Position numbers and translations under genes: made by a program. Below, piece after piece: positions 26,356-36,841 of a stretch of 64,000 nucleotides of DNA (position 1 is the first letter of the stretch; every line of letters begins with the position of its first letter). The notes under the pieces are model-generated. The model was not told where the DNA came from. It saw only the letters and a program-made list of their open reading frames with translations, and did not search any database. Origin of the DNA: Candidatus Iainarchaeum sp. (GTDB lineage: Archaea; B1Sed10-29; WALL01); NCBI GenBank assembly GCA_023129115.1, contig JAGMCR010000003.1:96001-160000 (forward strand), given 5' to 3'.

Positions 26356-29300
26356 AAAAAGTCGGCAAGGTTGTACTGCTTGCTTTTGTCGTTGATGAAA
26401 ACAGAGTCAATGTTGCTCTCGACGAGCTTCAGCCTCTGCGCCATGTACTCCGGCAGCCCATATTTCTCGACAATCCCCTTGCTTATCTCGACGTACTTCC
26501 TCACCGAGCCCTCGGCAATCGTGAGAATGACTTTCCCGCCGCACTTCGTGCACTTCCCGACCAGCGGCACTCGCCTATACTTCGCGTTGCAGTCGACGCA
26601 CCTGAACTTCTGCTCGCCAAAAGCCCTGAGGTTCCCATAAATGTCCCTGAAGAAGTGTGAGTTGAGCAGCCTCTCGGCCTCGTCCTTCTCGTCCACCGCG
26701 CGGATTATTCTCCCGAGCTCGAGCTGGGCCTTCACCTTCTCCGGCATTGAGCCGAGCTTCGTGTACATGGACTGGATGACTCCATTGTCGAGGCGGCCCG
26801 TACCGTGCGTGTAGCCAAACCCAGAGTACTGGCCCTCTTCCCCAAGCCGCTCGCCCACCAGCTCTATCCTGTACGCCCCCGGCTTCCGCAGCTCGTGCGA
26901 AGTCCGGTAGAACTCCAGCGGGTACTCCCACGCCACGTCCATCTCGTGCACCTGGTCGTCGACCTGCGATGGGTCCAGCGCAAGGGTAAGCACCAGCGGC
27001 GCGTCCATCGACCCACCCCTCGTCGAGGGCAGGTACCACTTCGAAAAGTTAATCAGCGCGTCCACCAATAGCATGACCGCGTCCTCGTCGCCGTCGCATT
27101 GTTTTGCAGTAACACCAGAAACCACTGCGTTATGTGTTTTTTCCACTGTGAAATTGTACAGGGACTGGGGCTTTTTTTCAGTCACTCTCTTCCTAACAGC
27201 AACAATTGCAGAGCCTTCTTTGAGCTTCACGCGCTTCGCCTTAAATGAATGCCCCCGCATTATACGCCTGGCTTTTTCTTTCTTTCCCGGCCACCAGAAG
27301 CCTATTTTCTCGCAGAAATCCTTTGTAGTCGCCCCGTGCATGCGCAACTTGTAGCACGTCCAATTGAATGTTTTTCCTTTCTTTTTATAGAACTCGGCAA
27401 CTTTCCCCACACTAATCTTTCTTTCGTCTTTCTGCCACGAGCACAGCAGCCCAAACCGAGTCAACAAGAATTCTATGTCGCGGAGAAGCAGTTTACTGGC
27501 GGAAGTGCAACTGACCTCAGGGCTTGAGCCCCCACGGCTTGGCTTGCTTATGCCGCCATCCCCCTCAAAGTATCCTTGCAGGAACCACGCCACTTTTTTC
27601 ATGGGCAGCGAAAACACAACTGGTGGAACCCTCTTGTTTTTTGCGTGTGTGCCCGCTTCCAAACCGATAAATAAGTTGTATGCCAACCGCGAGCAAATTG
27701 TGACTCGTTGCTTGCCTTCTGAAGCGCCAACCCCAAACACTCGATTGATAGCACCCTTCACCAACGGTTTTTCTTTGGTTACAGCGAAATCAACTTGGTA
27801 GCAAGAGCCCTCTCTTTTCCTGGAATGCCCTTCTGCGACATAAAGCCCAAGAAGCCTCATAAAGTCTTTCCCAACCCTTATTTTCCTTGGCAGAACAGCT
27901 GTGTCCCACTTCTCCTTGAGGCGAACATTTTTTGGAATGCGAATGCCAAGCTTGTGTGCCAGCCAAACCGGAACAGAATCGCGCATAACATAGTTATACA
28001 ACGTGCTTTTGTTCATTCCAATCTCGTCAGCGGTTTTTCTCACACCCCCCTCTTCTAGACAATCCTTTAGCTTCTTCCCAATTCCCACAACCATGGTGTT
28101 TTCATCAGCATAGTCCAGCAAGTCCAAGCATTCAACATCCTTTTCAGCTATATTAAAGCGCGTTGGGATAAGTGCTTCCGTTGTCTGGAACGCCCGCGTT
28201 TTCGTACTTTTAGAGTCAATAAACGGGTGCATGCCGCTAGTGGTTATTTTGCGCCCAGTCTCCAGTTCAAGGGTAACGACATGGTCTTGCATCGGGTGCT
28301 TTGAAAACGCTGTAATTGGCATTAATTCATATTCACCGTTTCCATTAAGGGACAAGGTGCTATACCCCCTAGTCTCTACTACCTGGTCACCCATCTCAGT
28401 GGCGTGGAATTCTTTCTCCTTCAGCAAGCTTTCCACGAGTTCCCCAATCCGCACTATCCTCCACTCACGGCCGTTGAACACTGGAAGCGTTTCGCCAAAA
28501 GCAAAGCAGTCCCTCCTACACGCCGCGTGGAAATACGGGTGCGCGTAGCACCCCCGCGCCTTCGAGAACCCGATTATCCTCCCCAGCACTCCCGCGCTGG
28601 TGTGCGGCGCCAGCCCGACCACAAGCTGCCCAACCAAGTCCTTTGGCGTCCGGCAGTTGTAGTACGCCTCCTGCCCGTACAGGCCCTGCAGCAGCTCGTC
28701 AACGAACCGCGACACCCTGAACAGGTACTCGCCACCGCGCTCCGCGGGCACCACGTCCTGCGGGAACAGCTCGATGACCTGGTCGTCCCTGAGCAGCTCC
28801 CCGCCTTTCGCGTCTCTGCTGTAGCCCATTTCCTTAAGCTTCTCGACCGAGGTCCCTATCTCCTTCGGCGTGAAGTGCGTGAGCGGCAGGTTTGTCGAGT
28901 CAAACCTGATTGTCCCGTCCTTGAAGAGGTAGACCTCATGCCTCGACCTCAAAATGCCCTTCTCGAGCGGCTCTGCAATGCGGTGCGCGCTCATCAATCC
29001 CTTGACGCCCTTGAGCTTGGGGTCTGGCTTGCCGACTTTCTTGATGGCCTGTTCCATGGCCTCCTTGAGGTTCACGACCCTGCTGTCGTGCGCGACGCCT
29101 TCTGTGCCACACGCATGGCACTTCCTGCCCTTCCTCCCGCAGCGGGGGCAGACGTAGTCGAGCTCACCCCTCCCACCGCACTCGCACATCCTGCTCATCG
29201 AGAGCCGCCCGCACTTAGTGCATCGGTAGCGCGTTATGGTGACAGTGATGCTCCCCTGCGCGCTCGCCTTCAGCACCGAGCGGGTTGCCCCGCCGTAGTT

Positions 29301-31028
29301 GCCGACCGGGAAAAGCACGTGGGGCGCCGGGGTCATCAGCCTCTCCCTCGCCTTTTCTGGCCTGCCCATCCTCGCGCCGACATAAATCGGCGCCTTCGGC
29401 ATTATCTTGACGGGCGACAGCGCGTTGACGAACTCCATTGTGTCCTCGGTCTCAACCCCACTGCCGCCGAGCGTGGTCGCCAGCACTTTTTTGACCTCTG
29501 GCTCGATGTAGACGTAGTCGCCCTTCAGCCTGTGCGGCACCAGCAGCTTTTCAAGCGTCCGCTTCTCCGGGCCGTTCTCCATCCCGGTGTCCAGCCACTT
29601 GATGAGCTTCTTCATTTCTTCGACAGTGGCGTCGTGATAGTTATATGTGTACTTCGGGTGCAGGGGCACTCCGTGCCTCTCGCTGATTTCCAGCGCCTCC
29701 TCGAAGCTCTCTGCCTTTGCCTCAACCCCTTTTTCCTTGAGCTCCAGCCCCCACCACTCCTCGACCCAGGGCGAGGCAATAATCGGGTGGTTGCTGTGCA
29801 GAAAGTCACCAAAAGAGACGAGCAAATCCCCGGTGAACAGTATCTCCGCAATATCGCTATCCAGGTCCGTGGCCTGCTCGGCGCTCTCCACCTCCAGGAC
29901 CTCGCCGCTCTTGAGCCGAACGACCGGGCCGCCAATGGTGTCCACGGGCACGACCGTCATTCCCTTGCCCGGCCTCTCGACCTTGAGCTGCGTGCCAATC
30001 GCCGGGAAGCCCCCGAGCACGGTCATGGTCGCGGGGTGCAGTCCCTTGCTCATCAGCCCGGTGTTCCTCGCCTTGCCGTACCTCAGCCTGAACCCCCCAA
30101 CCCGTGAGGGGTACGCAAATATCGGCCTCCCCGCAACAACGTCCTTTATGTAGGTGTCTATCGGCTTCAGCTCCCTGACGCCCTCGGTGTCGCCGCCCTT
30201 GATTATTGACTTCAGCCACCCCCAGTCCAGCCCGAACTTCTCGGCGTACGCGACAACTTTCCTCGCCTTCTGGGCGATGCCCTCGCTTATTACGAGGCAC
30301 ATGCCGCCGCGCACCCGGTTCGTGGGTATCCGCTTCAGGTCCTTGTAGACGTCGACCTCGACTTCCGCGGTAGGGTCACCGTTTACGCACACCGGGCAGT
30401 TCCGCACAATCAGCCGCACTTCATCGTCCGTGGCCCGGTACTGCAGCCTGCTCACGGCGTTGTGGTAGAGCGCCACTTCCTCGACATACCTCTCGACCTC
30501 GCTGTCCGTCGGCCTGTAGCCGCTCAGCCCAAGCAGGTTGCTCGTGTAGTGCGCAATCAATACCGCGAGCGCCTGCGCGGTCCCGCCCGCGCTCCGTATT
30601 GGCCCCGCAAAAGAAACACTAAGATAATCACTGCCGTCCGGGTTCTCCTCGATGCTCGCCGCAGCGACGCCGTCGATTGGCGCTGCCACCACGCCCTCTG
30701 TCAGCAGCGCGAGCGCCGTGCGTATGCACTGCTCCGCCCGCTCGTTCCGGTCCTTGCAGCCGAACTTCCCTCCAATTATCCAGTCGCATACCTTTAGTGC
30801 GGTCTCTTCGCGGTCGTGGCCCTTCATGTATTCCCGCATCGCCTCGGCGATGCCTTCCGGCCCGACCAGCCCCTCCACCCGGTCGCAGATGTCGGCGGCC
30901 AGCGCGATTTCGACTTTGGTTTCGGGGTCGTACCCCTTCTCCCGCGCAGCGGCGGCAACCCCGTACGCCCGCGTGGTCTCCTCCTCCAGCAGGGAGTAGT
31001 ACGCCTTGATGCCTTCGCAGGCAATCAT
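26352..31028 (-). CDS. polC: DNA polymerase D large subunit (DP2) containing an intein
   Basis: FAGPIRSAGGTAQA, GGFRLRYG, catalytic CDGDED, Zn fingers. Confidence 0.96.
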   Translation of the reverse strand: MIACEGIKAYYSLLEEETTRAYGVAAAAREKGYDPETKVEIALAADICDRVEGLVGPEGIAEAMREYMKGHDREETALKVCDWIIGGKFGCKDRNERAEQCIRTALALLTEGVVAAPIDGVAAASIEENPDGSDYLSVSFAGPIRSAGGTAQALAVLIAHYTSNLLGLSGYRPTDSEVERYVEEVALYHNAVSRLQYRATDDEVRLIVRNCPVCVNGDPTAEVEVDVYKDLKRIPTNRVRGGMCLVISEGIAQKARKVVAYAEKFGLDWGWLKSIIKGGDTEGVRELKPIDTYIKDVVAGRPIFAYPSRVGGFRLRYGKARNTGLMSKGLHPATMTVLGGFPAIGTQLKVERPGKGMTVVPVDTIGGPVVRLKSGEVLEVESAEQATDLDSDIAEILFTGDLLVSFGDFLHSNHPIIASPWVEEWWGLELKEKGVEAKAESFEEALEISERHGVPLHPKYTYNYHDATVEEMKKLIKWLDTGMENGPEKRTLEKLLVPHRLKGDYVYIEPEVKKVLATTLGGSGVETEDTMEFVNALSPVKIMPKAPIYVGARMGRPEKARERLMTPAPHVLFPVGNYGGATRSVLKASAQGSITVTITRYRCTKCGRLSMSRMCECGGRGELDYVCPRCGRKGRKCHACGTEGVAHDSRVVNLKEAMEQAIKKVGKPDPKLKGVKGLMSAHRIAEPLEKGILRSRHEVYLFKDGTIRFDSTNLPLTHFTPKEIGTSVEKLKEMGYSRDAKGGELLRDDQVIELFPQDVVPAERGGEYLFRVSRFVDELLQGLYGQEAYYNCRTPKDLVGQLVVGLAPHTSAGVLGRIIGFSKARGCYAHPYFHAACRRDCFAFGETLPVFNGREWRIVRIGELVESLLKEKEFHATEMGDQVVETRGYSTLSLNGNGEYELMPITAFSKHPMQDHVVTLELETGRKITTSGMHPFIDSKSTKTRAFQTTEALIPTRFNIAEKDVECLDLLDYADENTMVVGIGKKLKDCLEEGGVRKTADEIGMNKSTLYNYVMRDSVPVWLAHKLGIRIPKNVRLKEKWDTAVLPRKIRVGKDFMRLLGLYVAEGHSRKREGSCYQVDFAVTKEKPLVKGAINRVFGVGASEGKQRVTICSRLAYNLFIGLEAGTHAKNKRVPPVVFSLPMKKVAWFLQGYFEGDGGISKPSRGGSSPEVSCTSASKLLLRDIEFLLTRFGLLCSWQKDERKISVGKVAEFYKKKGKTFNWTCYKLRMHGATTKDFCEKIGFWWPGKKEKARRIMRGHSFKAKRVKLKEGSAIVAVRKRVTEKKPQSLYNFTVEKTHNAVVSGVTAKQCDGDEDAVMLLVDALINFSKWYLPSTRGGSMDAPLVLTLALDPSQVDDQVHEMDVAWEYPLEFYRTSHELRKPGAYRIELVGERLGEEGQYSGFGYTHGTGRLDNGVIQSMYTKLGSMPEKVKAQLELGRIIRAVDEKDEAERLLNSHFFRDIYGNLRAFGEQKFRCVDCNAKYRRVPLVGKCTKCGGKVILTIAEGSVRKYVEISKGIVEKYGLPEYMAQRLKLVESNIDSVFINDKSKQYNLADFF
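27099..28508 (-). mobile_element. Intein (470 aa) with LAGLIDADG endonuclease in DP2, ending in Gln
   Basis: RRD/CFAFGE ... VTAKQ/CDGDED; TSGMHP block B; GLYVAEG and GYFEGDG; low GC. Confidence 0.92.
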
Positions 31029-32482
31029 TTTATCTCCTCCCCGAACTTGAGTATGGTTATCTTCCCGGACCTCAGGCTCACGAGCGGTAGCACGCCCGGC
31101 GTCGGGTGGTGGCCCAGCTTAATCTGGTACGGCGTCACGCTCTGCCAGCACCCGCTGTTTATCCCGATGGCCCCACGGTAAGTGACGTAGCCGTTCCTGT
31201 GCACGTCGCCGACGTGCAGCAGGTCTGGCACCTTCCGCATCACGAGGTAGTCCCTCTTTTCCGGCACTATCGGCGGCTTTTCGCCGTACACCGGGTGCAA
31301 GTGCCTCCTCTTCAGCCACTCGGTTATAACCGTTTCAGGGTGCTCATAATTCACGTTGTTCGTGTGCGGCACAATGCCGTGTATCGAGGCGCCGTGGTAG
31401 AGCATCACCTCGAACCCGTGCAGCGAGACGTATCCCGGCGAGCCCATGCACCTGAAGTTGTCGAGCGACCCGAGCGGGCCAAGGACTTCCTTGGGCAGCG
31501 CGGGCTGGGGCTCGGCAATCCTCACTGCGTCGTGGTTGCCCGGGATTGCAATCATTTCTATGTAGTCCGGCACCTGCTGCAGGTAGAAATGCAGCTGCTC
31601 GTACTGCTTGAAAATATCGTCCGTTGCCAGCTCTTCTTCCTGGCCGGGGTATACCCCAACCCCGTCCACCAGGTCCCCCGCAATCGTGATGTACTTGACT
31701 TTCCCGGCCAGCTCACGTTCCTTGCCCTCGCCGTTGAGCCACTCAATGAACTTATGGAACCGCTTTTCGAGGAACAGCTTGGAGCCGACGTGCATGTCGG
31801 AAATCAGGGCGACGTAGATGTCTTCCTCTGCGCGGTTGGGCTCGCGCATGGCGACGTCGGGCCGGTATATCTGCTTCGCGATGAACAGCTCTTTCGACAT
31901 CCTTCCCTCGACCGCAATCACTTCGTCGGGGATGATGTTCTGCGAAACGTCAATCATTGTCTTGTCGCTCTTCGGGAACAGCACCTTGAGCGACCCCGTG
32001 AGGTCTTCCATCTCCATGAGCCGGTGGCTGTTTTTGGTGGTGTGAATGGAGTTGACCATGCCGATGACGCGGGTGTTGTCCTGCAGCCGCTTCTTTTTCA
32101 CGGTGTCGATGTCCCGCGCCATGTTGCCGCGCACGCGGAGCATCTTGGAGAGGGCCTCGTACCTGTCCCGGAACAATGCGATGAAGTCCCCTACTTTTCC
32201 TTCGCTCGTGCTCTTCCCGGTCACGTCCTGCTCCTCGAACACCTTGACCCTGGCCTCCATCTCTTTCGCCGCGGGCCTGAACGGCTTCCGCAGGTTCAGC
32301 TCGAGCTTGGGCGCCTCCTTCTTCTCCTCGAGGTCTTCTTTCCTCACCCACGGGCCCTTGACCCGCTCCATCACTTCAACGGCAAACGCCATGGGCTCTT
32401 CCTTGCCCATGATTATCTCTAGCGCTTCCGGAGTGACGAAAAGTCCCTTTTCCCTAAAAGCAGTGAGCAATTCTTCTTTCAT
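31025..32482 (-). CDS. polB: DNA polymerase D small subunit (DP1)
   Basis: OB fold plus SDMHVGS, GDLVDG, PGNHD, HG phosphoesterase motifs. Confidence 0.95.
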   Translation of the reverse strand: MKEELLTAFREKGLFVTPEALEIIMGKEEPMAFAVEVMERVKGPWVRKEDLEEKKEAPKLELNLRKPFRPAAKEMEARVKVFEEQDVTGKSTSEGKVGDFIALFRDRYEALSKMLRVRGNMARDIDTVKKKRLQDNTRVIGMVNSIHTTKNSHRLMEMEDLTGSLKVLFPKSDKTMIDVSQNIIPDEVIAVEGRMSKELFIAKQIYRPDVAMREPNRAEEDIYVALISDMHVGSKLFLEKRFHKFIEWLNGEGKERELAGKVKYITIAGDLVDGVGVYPGQEEELATDDIFKQYEQLHFYLQQVPDYIEMIAIPGNHDAVRIAEPQPALPKEVLGPLGSLDNFRCMGSPGYVSLHGFEVMLYHGASIHGIVPHTNNVNYEHPETVITEWLKRRHLHPVYGEKPPIVPEKRDYLVMRKVPDLLHVGDVHRNGYVTYRGAIGINSGCWQSVTPYQIKLGHHPTPGVLPLVSLRSGKITILKFGEEIK

Positions 32483-32564
32483 GCAAGCACCCCTGCGCTG
32501 TCAGCGACCGGGCTTGCATTATCTTACGCAGCCGAACTTTAACTACTTTTCCTTTTGCAAAAAA

Positions 32565-33572
32565 TCAGTAAGCGGCCTTGAGCAGCTTCTCTTTCTTGGC
32601 GAGCCTTTTCCTGCACGGCTCAAGAATATCCGCAATCGCTTTCCCCATCGCATTCTTCAAGTCCATCGGGTGCAATCCATCCACGAACGCCTTCTCCAGT
32701 TCCCCATAACTCTTGAACGCAACATTCCCGCCGAACTTCTCGGGCCGCTCGACAACCAATTCGCCCCTCACCGGGAAGACAATGTGCTCCGCCAGCGCCA
32801 GGACCCCGTTGCCCTCGACTTTGCCGGCCTCGCACCACGCGCCGCCCGTCTTCTTGATTATTGATTCTTCGCTCTCGTGCAGCCCGATCTTGCCCTTGTC
32901 CTCGGACGCGCCCATCTTTCCGCCCATTTTCCCGCCGTGCAGCGCAGGCAGCAGGGGCGTAAAAACACAGACTGGCTTATTGTCCGGCATCAGCTCGCGG
33001 CCGAGCATGTAAATCCCGCGCTGGTCCACCCCAGCAAAGCAGACGTCTACCCCAAGCGCCTTGAAGTCCTCGTTCTGCATCAATGGATAAATAAACCCAC
33101 TAAGCTTCGGCTCGTCGCCGAACCGCACGACTTCCGATGCCGCCCTCTTCGTCCTCGCGAGAGTGACGTCTCCGGCCATCTTGAGGATGTTCCTGAAGTA
33201 GTCTCCGTTCAGCTCGAGCTTCGAGCCGCGCACGAACTCAATGTCCTTCGGGTCAGCGCCGAGTGCTTCCATCGCGCCCTTGACAGATTCCTCGTAGTAC
33301 TCGCTCCGGGAGTCAAGCTTTTCCCAGGTCGTCTTCTTGTCGTCCAAATAAGCGTGCAGGTCAGCGACCAAGAACTTGACCTTGAACCCCGCGTTCAAAA
33401 AATCAGCTGTCTTCAGCAACGGCACCAAATGCCCGACGTGCAGCATGCCCGTGGGCGCGTAGCCGATGTAGGCCGACGGCTTCTTGGCCGCGCACGCCTC
33501 CTTCAGCTCTTCTTCCGTGATTATCTCTTCAGTGTTCCTCGAGACGAGCGCATACCTCTCTTCGGGGGTCAT
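32565..33572 (-). CDS. tyrS: Tyrosine--tRNA ligase
   Basis: YIGYAPTG, HVGH, ADLHAYL, YPLMQ, GVDQR, KMGAS. Confidence 0.93.
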   Translation of the reverse strand: MTPEERYALVSRNTEEIITEEELKEACAAKKPSAYIGYAPTGMLHVGHLVPLLKTADFLNAGFKVKFLVADLHAYLDDKKTTWEKLDSRSEYYEESVKGAMEALGADPKDIEFVRGSKLELNGDYFRNILKMAGDVTLARTKRAASEVVRFGDEPKLSGFIYPLMQNEDFKALGVDVCFAGVDQRGIYMLGRELMPDNKPVCVFTPLLPALHGGKMGGKMGASEDKGKIGLHESEESIIKKTGGAWCEAGKVEGNGVLALAEHIVFPVRGELVVERPEKFGGNVAFKSYGELEKAFVDGLHPMDLKNAMGKAIADILEPCRKRLAKKEKLLKAAY

Positions 33573-33832
33573 TTCATTTCTTCCTTCAGCCGCTCGAGCT
33601 CGGAAATAATCTCCATTATTTCGGGCCTCGTGTGCATCGGCATGTTGATGTCATTGAGGCACTCGTCCAATAAATAGGTGGCGCTGGTCAGGTTGACTTC
33701 GTTGCCCTCCTTGGAGACCACTTCCTTGGCGTCTGAAACGCTTTTCCTGATGTTCCTCGGGACACCGTTGTCGTTGATGACGTTGTCCATGAGGTAAATC
33801 ACGCCGTCCATATCCTGTTTGCTGATAACCAT
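33569..33832 (-). CDS. UPF0147 family protein
   Basis: D..VPRNIR...LD....D.NMPMHTR..I..IISELE. Confidence 0.88.
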   Translation of the reverse strand: MVISKQDMDGVIYLMDNVINDNGVPRNIRKSVSDAKEVVSKEGNEVNLTSATYLLDECLNDINMPMHTRPEIMEIISELERLKEEMK

Positions 33833-33880
33833 CTTTAATCCCTCCAGAAACAGCGGGATAGATTATTTGTGGGTTTGTTT

Positions 33881-34852
33881 TTAAGTGTTATGCCCGAACC
33901 AAGCCACGATGCGCCCCTTCAATTCCTTGATGGACTCCTTGTCCTGCACGCTCACACTCAACCCGCGTGGCCGGGGCGCCGGCTTGCCGCCAACGCCGGT
34001 AGCCGGCTGCAAGTCCGCCTTGCTATAGACGACAAGCACGTCCGCCCCCAACTCTTTCTCGAGCTTTTTCTTCAGTGCCTCCTGCTCTGCCACAGAATAC
34101 CCGCACGTCTCACTCGGGTCGACAACAAAAATAATTTTTTCGCTCAAGTGCTTCAGCGCAGCCACGGCCTGCTTCTCAATCTCGTTCCGCGCCGGCCTGT
34201 CCAATACCCCTGGCGTGTCCACCAGCTGGAACCGCCTGTACCCCTCCCTCATGTACCCGACCAGAATGCTTTTCGTGGTGAACGGGTACGGCTGCACGTC
34301 CACCTTGGAGTCGCTCAGCTCGTTCAAAAGCGAGCTCTTCCCGACGTTGGGGTATCCAGCAATCAGCACGGTCTTCATCTTCCGTATCGACGGCAGTTTT
34401 TTCAGCGCGCGCTCCGCCCTCTTGATTATCTTGACGTCGCCCTCGACGCCGTCCAGTATGTCTTCCGCGCGCTTCTCGAACTGCTTCCGCAGCCGCGTAA
34501 TCTCCTTCAAGTCACTCTTGCCCCGCATCTTCCTGCGGTAGTCCTTGCCGAGCTGGAGTATTTTCTTGCCTGCCCAGCCGAGGCTGTGCAGGGCCCGCCT
34601 CAATTCATCAAGGTTCACCAGCGACCCGGCCAATTCCCTCTGGAACGGGGGCAGCTCGTTGAAATTGACGGTCTTCTTCACGACTGCATCAGTCTTGCCA
34701 AAGACGGACTCGCTCAGGTACTCGACCCTCGCGAGCTCGCGCACCTTGATGGCGACCTTCTTTTCCCTTGCGCGGATTTGCCGGGCGCGCTTGTGCGCCT
34801 CTGTCATCGAGGCGTGGAATATCCTGCCCGGCACTGGGTGTATCAGTGCCAT
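33881..34852 (-). CDS. NOG1-like GTPase
   Basis: GYPNVGKSS, YPFTTK, DTPGVLDRP, SKAD. Confidence 0.9.
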   Translation of the reverse strand: MALIHPVPGRIFHASMTEAHKRARQIRAREKKVAIKVRELARVEYLSESVFGKTDAVVKKTVNFNELPPFQRELAGSLVNLDELRRALHSLGWAGKKILQLGKDYRRKMRGKSDLKEITRLRKQFEKRAEDILDGVEGDVKIIKRAERALKKLPSIRKMKTVLIAGYPNVGKSSLLNELSDSKVDVQPYPFTTKSILVGYMREGYRRFQLVDTPGVLDRPARNEIEKQAVAALKHLSEKIIFVVDPSETCGYSVAEQEALKKKLEKELGADVLVVYSKADLQPATGVGGKPAPRPRGLSVSVQDKESIKELKGRIVAWFGHNT

Positions 34853-34905
34853 GCGTGCCTTGTGCCGACAAATCTATATATATCTACTACTGTATAATTC
34901 AAGCG

Positions 34906-35499
34906 ATGAGGCGCCTGCTTCTGTTGCTGCTGGTCAGCTCGATTGCGATGGCCCAGTGTGCCGAGCTGGCGGCAGACGTCGAGTCCGGCATGGAGCAATA
35001 CCTGGGCATAGACTCTGTCGACTGCCGCACCCAGCAGACAGAAAACATTTATGACGGCCTCGCCCAGCTGGCCGAGGGATATTCCCAGGTGGCGCAGTGC
35101 TACAAGGAGCAGGAGGACGCGTCCCGTGCCTCTGCCTTCTACTTCCTGGCGGCGAAGAAGTACCGCGTCGCGGCGGACGCGCTCTGCGAGAGGGACTACT
35201 CATTGAAGATGCAGCTATACCTCTCTTCGGGGGACATGTACTTCGCGACCGGTGATATTGACTCAGCCAGCGAGCTCTACGGCGAGGCGGAGGAAATCTA
35301 CAGCCTCCACTCGCCTGTAATTGACGACTCAATCAACGCCCAGCTGCAGAGGCGCCTGTACGAGATGGAGTATTCGGCGCCGCCGGCAATGTTTGACCCA
35401 AGGGTCACGGGGGAAGTGGACTGGGCCCCGATTGCTGCGGTAGTGGTCCTCATCGTCGGCCTCGCCCTCGTCGTCATAACCATCGTGCGCAAGAGGTGA
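34906..35499 (+). CDS. Secreted, C-terminally anchored helical-repeat protein
   Basis: Signal peptide MRRLLLLLLVSSIAMA; TPR-like helices; TM plus RKR tail. Confidence 0.7.
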   Translation: MRRLLLLLLVSSIAMAQCAELAADVESGMEQYLGIDSVDCRTQQTENIYDGLAQLAEGYSQVAQCYKEQEDASRASAFYFLAAKKYRVAADALCERDYSLKMQLYLSSGDMYFATGDIDSASELYGEAEEIYSLHSPVIDDSINAQLQRRLYEMEYSAPPAMFDPRVTGEVDWAPIAAVVVLIVGLALVVITIVRKR

Positions 35500-35540
35500 C
35501 CCCCTCACCTATATTAACCTCTTTTCCGTTTTCTTGCCTG

Positions 35541-36374
35541 ATGTGGTTCGCGCTCGCGCTCTTTTCCATGCTGGCGTACGGCGTGCTGGACTTCCTGTTC
35601 AAGGTAGCCGAGGCAAGCGAACTCGACTTCTCGAACCTCTTCCTCTACTACTACTGGACCGCATCGCTCGCGGCCTTCGCCTTGTTCGCCCTGTTCCCCG
35701 AAAAAATCCTTGACTTCAGCTTCCTCGCGTTTTTCGCCGTCGCCCAGGTAAGCCTCTACCTGCTCGCGAATGTCCTGAAGCTCGAGTCCCTCAAGCACGT
35801 CAAGTCCATCCTGGCGTACCCATTGTTCGCGCTCCACGGCGTCATCGCCGCCGTGCTCGCGTTCTTTTTCCTGGGCGAGTCGCTGCAGCCCCTCCAGTAC
35901 TTTGGCATCGCCTTGAGCGTCGCCGCCATCCTCCTCCTGGTCGAGAAGCGCCACCACTTCACTTTGTCGAGGGGCGCGCTTTTCGCGCTCGGCGCGGCGG
36001 TCTTCTTCGCAGCTTCCGAGCTCATCGTCGCCGCCGTGATTGACAACCTTGTAATCCTGCCGTTCATCGCCCTGTCGTACTTCTTCGCGATTGGCCCCAC
36101 GTTCGTCCTCGAGAAGAACCTGCACAAGCGCGGCGGCAAGAAAAAGGGCTCGCTGAAAATCGGCGCGGCGATGGGGTTGACTAACTTGGCCGCGTTTTCG
36201 TCGATGCTGCTGGCGCTCCAGTCTGGCCCCGCGTCGGTCATCTTCCCGGTAATCGCCCTCTCGCTGCTCGTGTCCGTCGTCCTGTCGATGGCGGCCTACC
36301 ACGAGAAAATCAATTTCATGAAAAAGCTCGCCATCGCCCTCGCGCTAATAGCCATAATCGTGATGCATATATGA
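35541..36374 (+). CDS. EamA/DMT family transporter
   Basis: ~10 TM helices, LGE and GPASVIFP motifs. Confidence 0.85.
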   Translation: MWFALALFSMLAYGVLDFLFKVAEASELDFSNLFLYYYWTASLAAFALFALFPEKILDFSFLAFFAVAQVSLYLLANVLKLESLKHVKSILAYPLFALHGVIAAVLAFFFLGESLQPLQYFGIALSVAAILLLVEKRHHFTLSRGALFALGAAVFFAASELIVAAVIDNLVILPFIALSYFFAIGPTFVLEKNLHKRGGKKKGSLKIGAAMGLTNLAAFSSMLLALQSGPASVIFPVIALSLLVSVVLSMAAYHEKINFMKKLAIALALIAIIVMHI

Positions 36375-36841
36375 AATTCATTGCAGACACAGCAAAAATA
36401 ATCGGGGACGTCGGGCTCGGCGACGGCGTCGCAGTCCTCTACGGCGCAGTGCTCCGCGCCGACACCGGCCCCATCCGCATCGGGAACAACAGCAACGTCC
36501 AGGACAACTGCGTCGTCCACACCTCACCAAACGAGGGCTGCACCATCGGCGAGTTCGTCACTGTCGGCCACTGCGCGATGGTCCACTCTTCGGTTGTCGG
36601 GGACCGCGTCGTCATCGGCATAAACGCGACCGTGCTGCACAGCTGTGAAATCGGCGACGACTGCATAATCGCTGCCGGCGCCGTCCTCCGCCCGGGCACC
36701 AAAGTGCCCGCGGGCACTTTGTGGGGCGGGGTGCCGGCGAAGCAGCTGCGCGAGCTCACTGAGGAAGACAAGAAAAACATTCTCCTTTACGCAAAGGAAT
36801 ACGAGGAGCTGGTGAAAAATGAAGGGAAAGAACGTTATTAA
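36371..36841 (+). CDS. Gamma carbonic anhydrase family protein
   Basis: Hexapeptide repeats; LRAD, SNVQDNCVVH, VGH..VH. Confidence 0.92.
   Translation: MKFIADTAKIIGDVGLGDGVAVLYGAVLRADTGPIRIGNNSNVQDNCVVHTSPNEGCTIGEFVTVGHCAMVHSSVVGDRVVIGINATVLHSCEIGDDCIIAAGAVLRPGTKVPAGTLWGGVPAKQLRELTEEDKKNILLYAKEYEELVKNEGKERY

Noticed and set aside
28404-32422. Long + strand ORFs (567 aa, 438 aa) opposite polD genes, and 41780-43021 (-) opposite the lipoprotein
   Set aside because: Antisense shadow ORFs expected from GC-rich codon bias; no motifs
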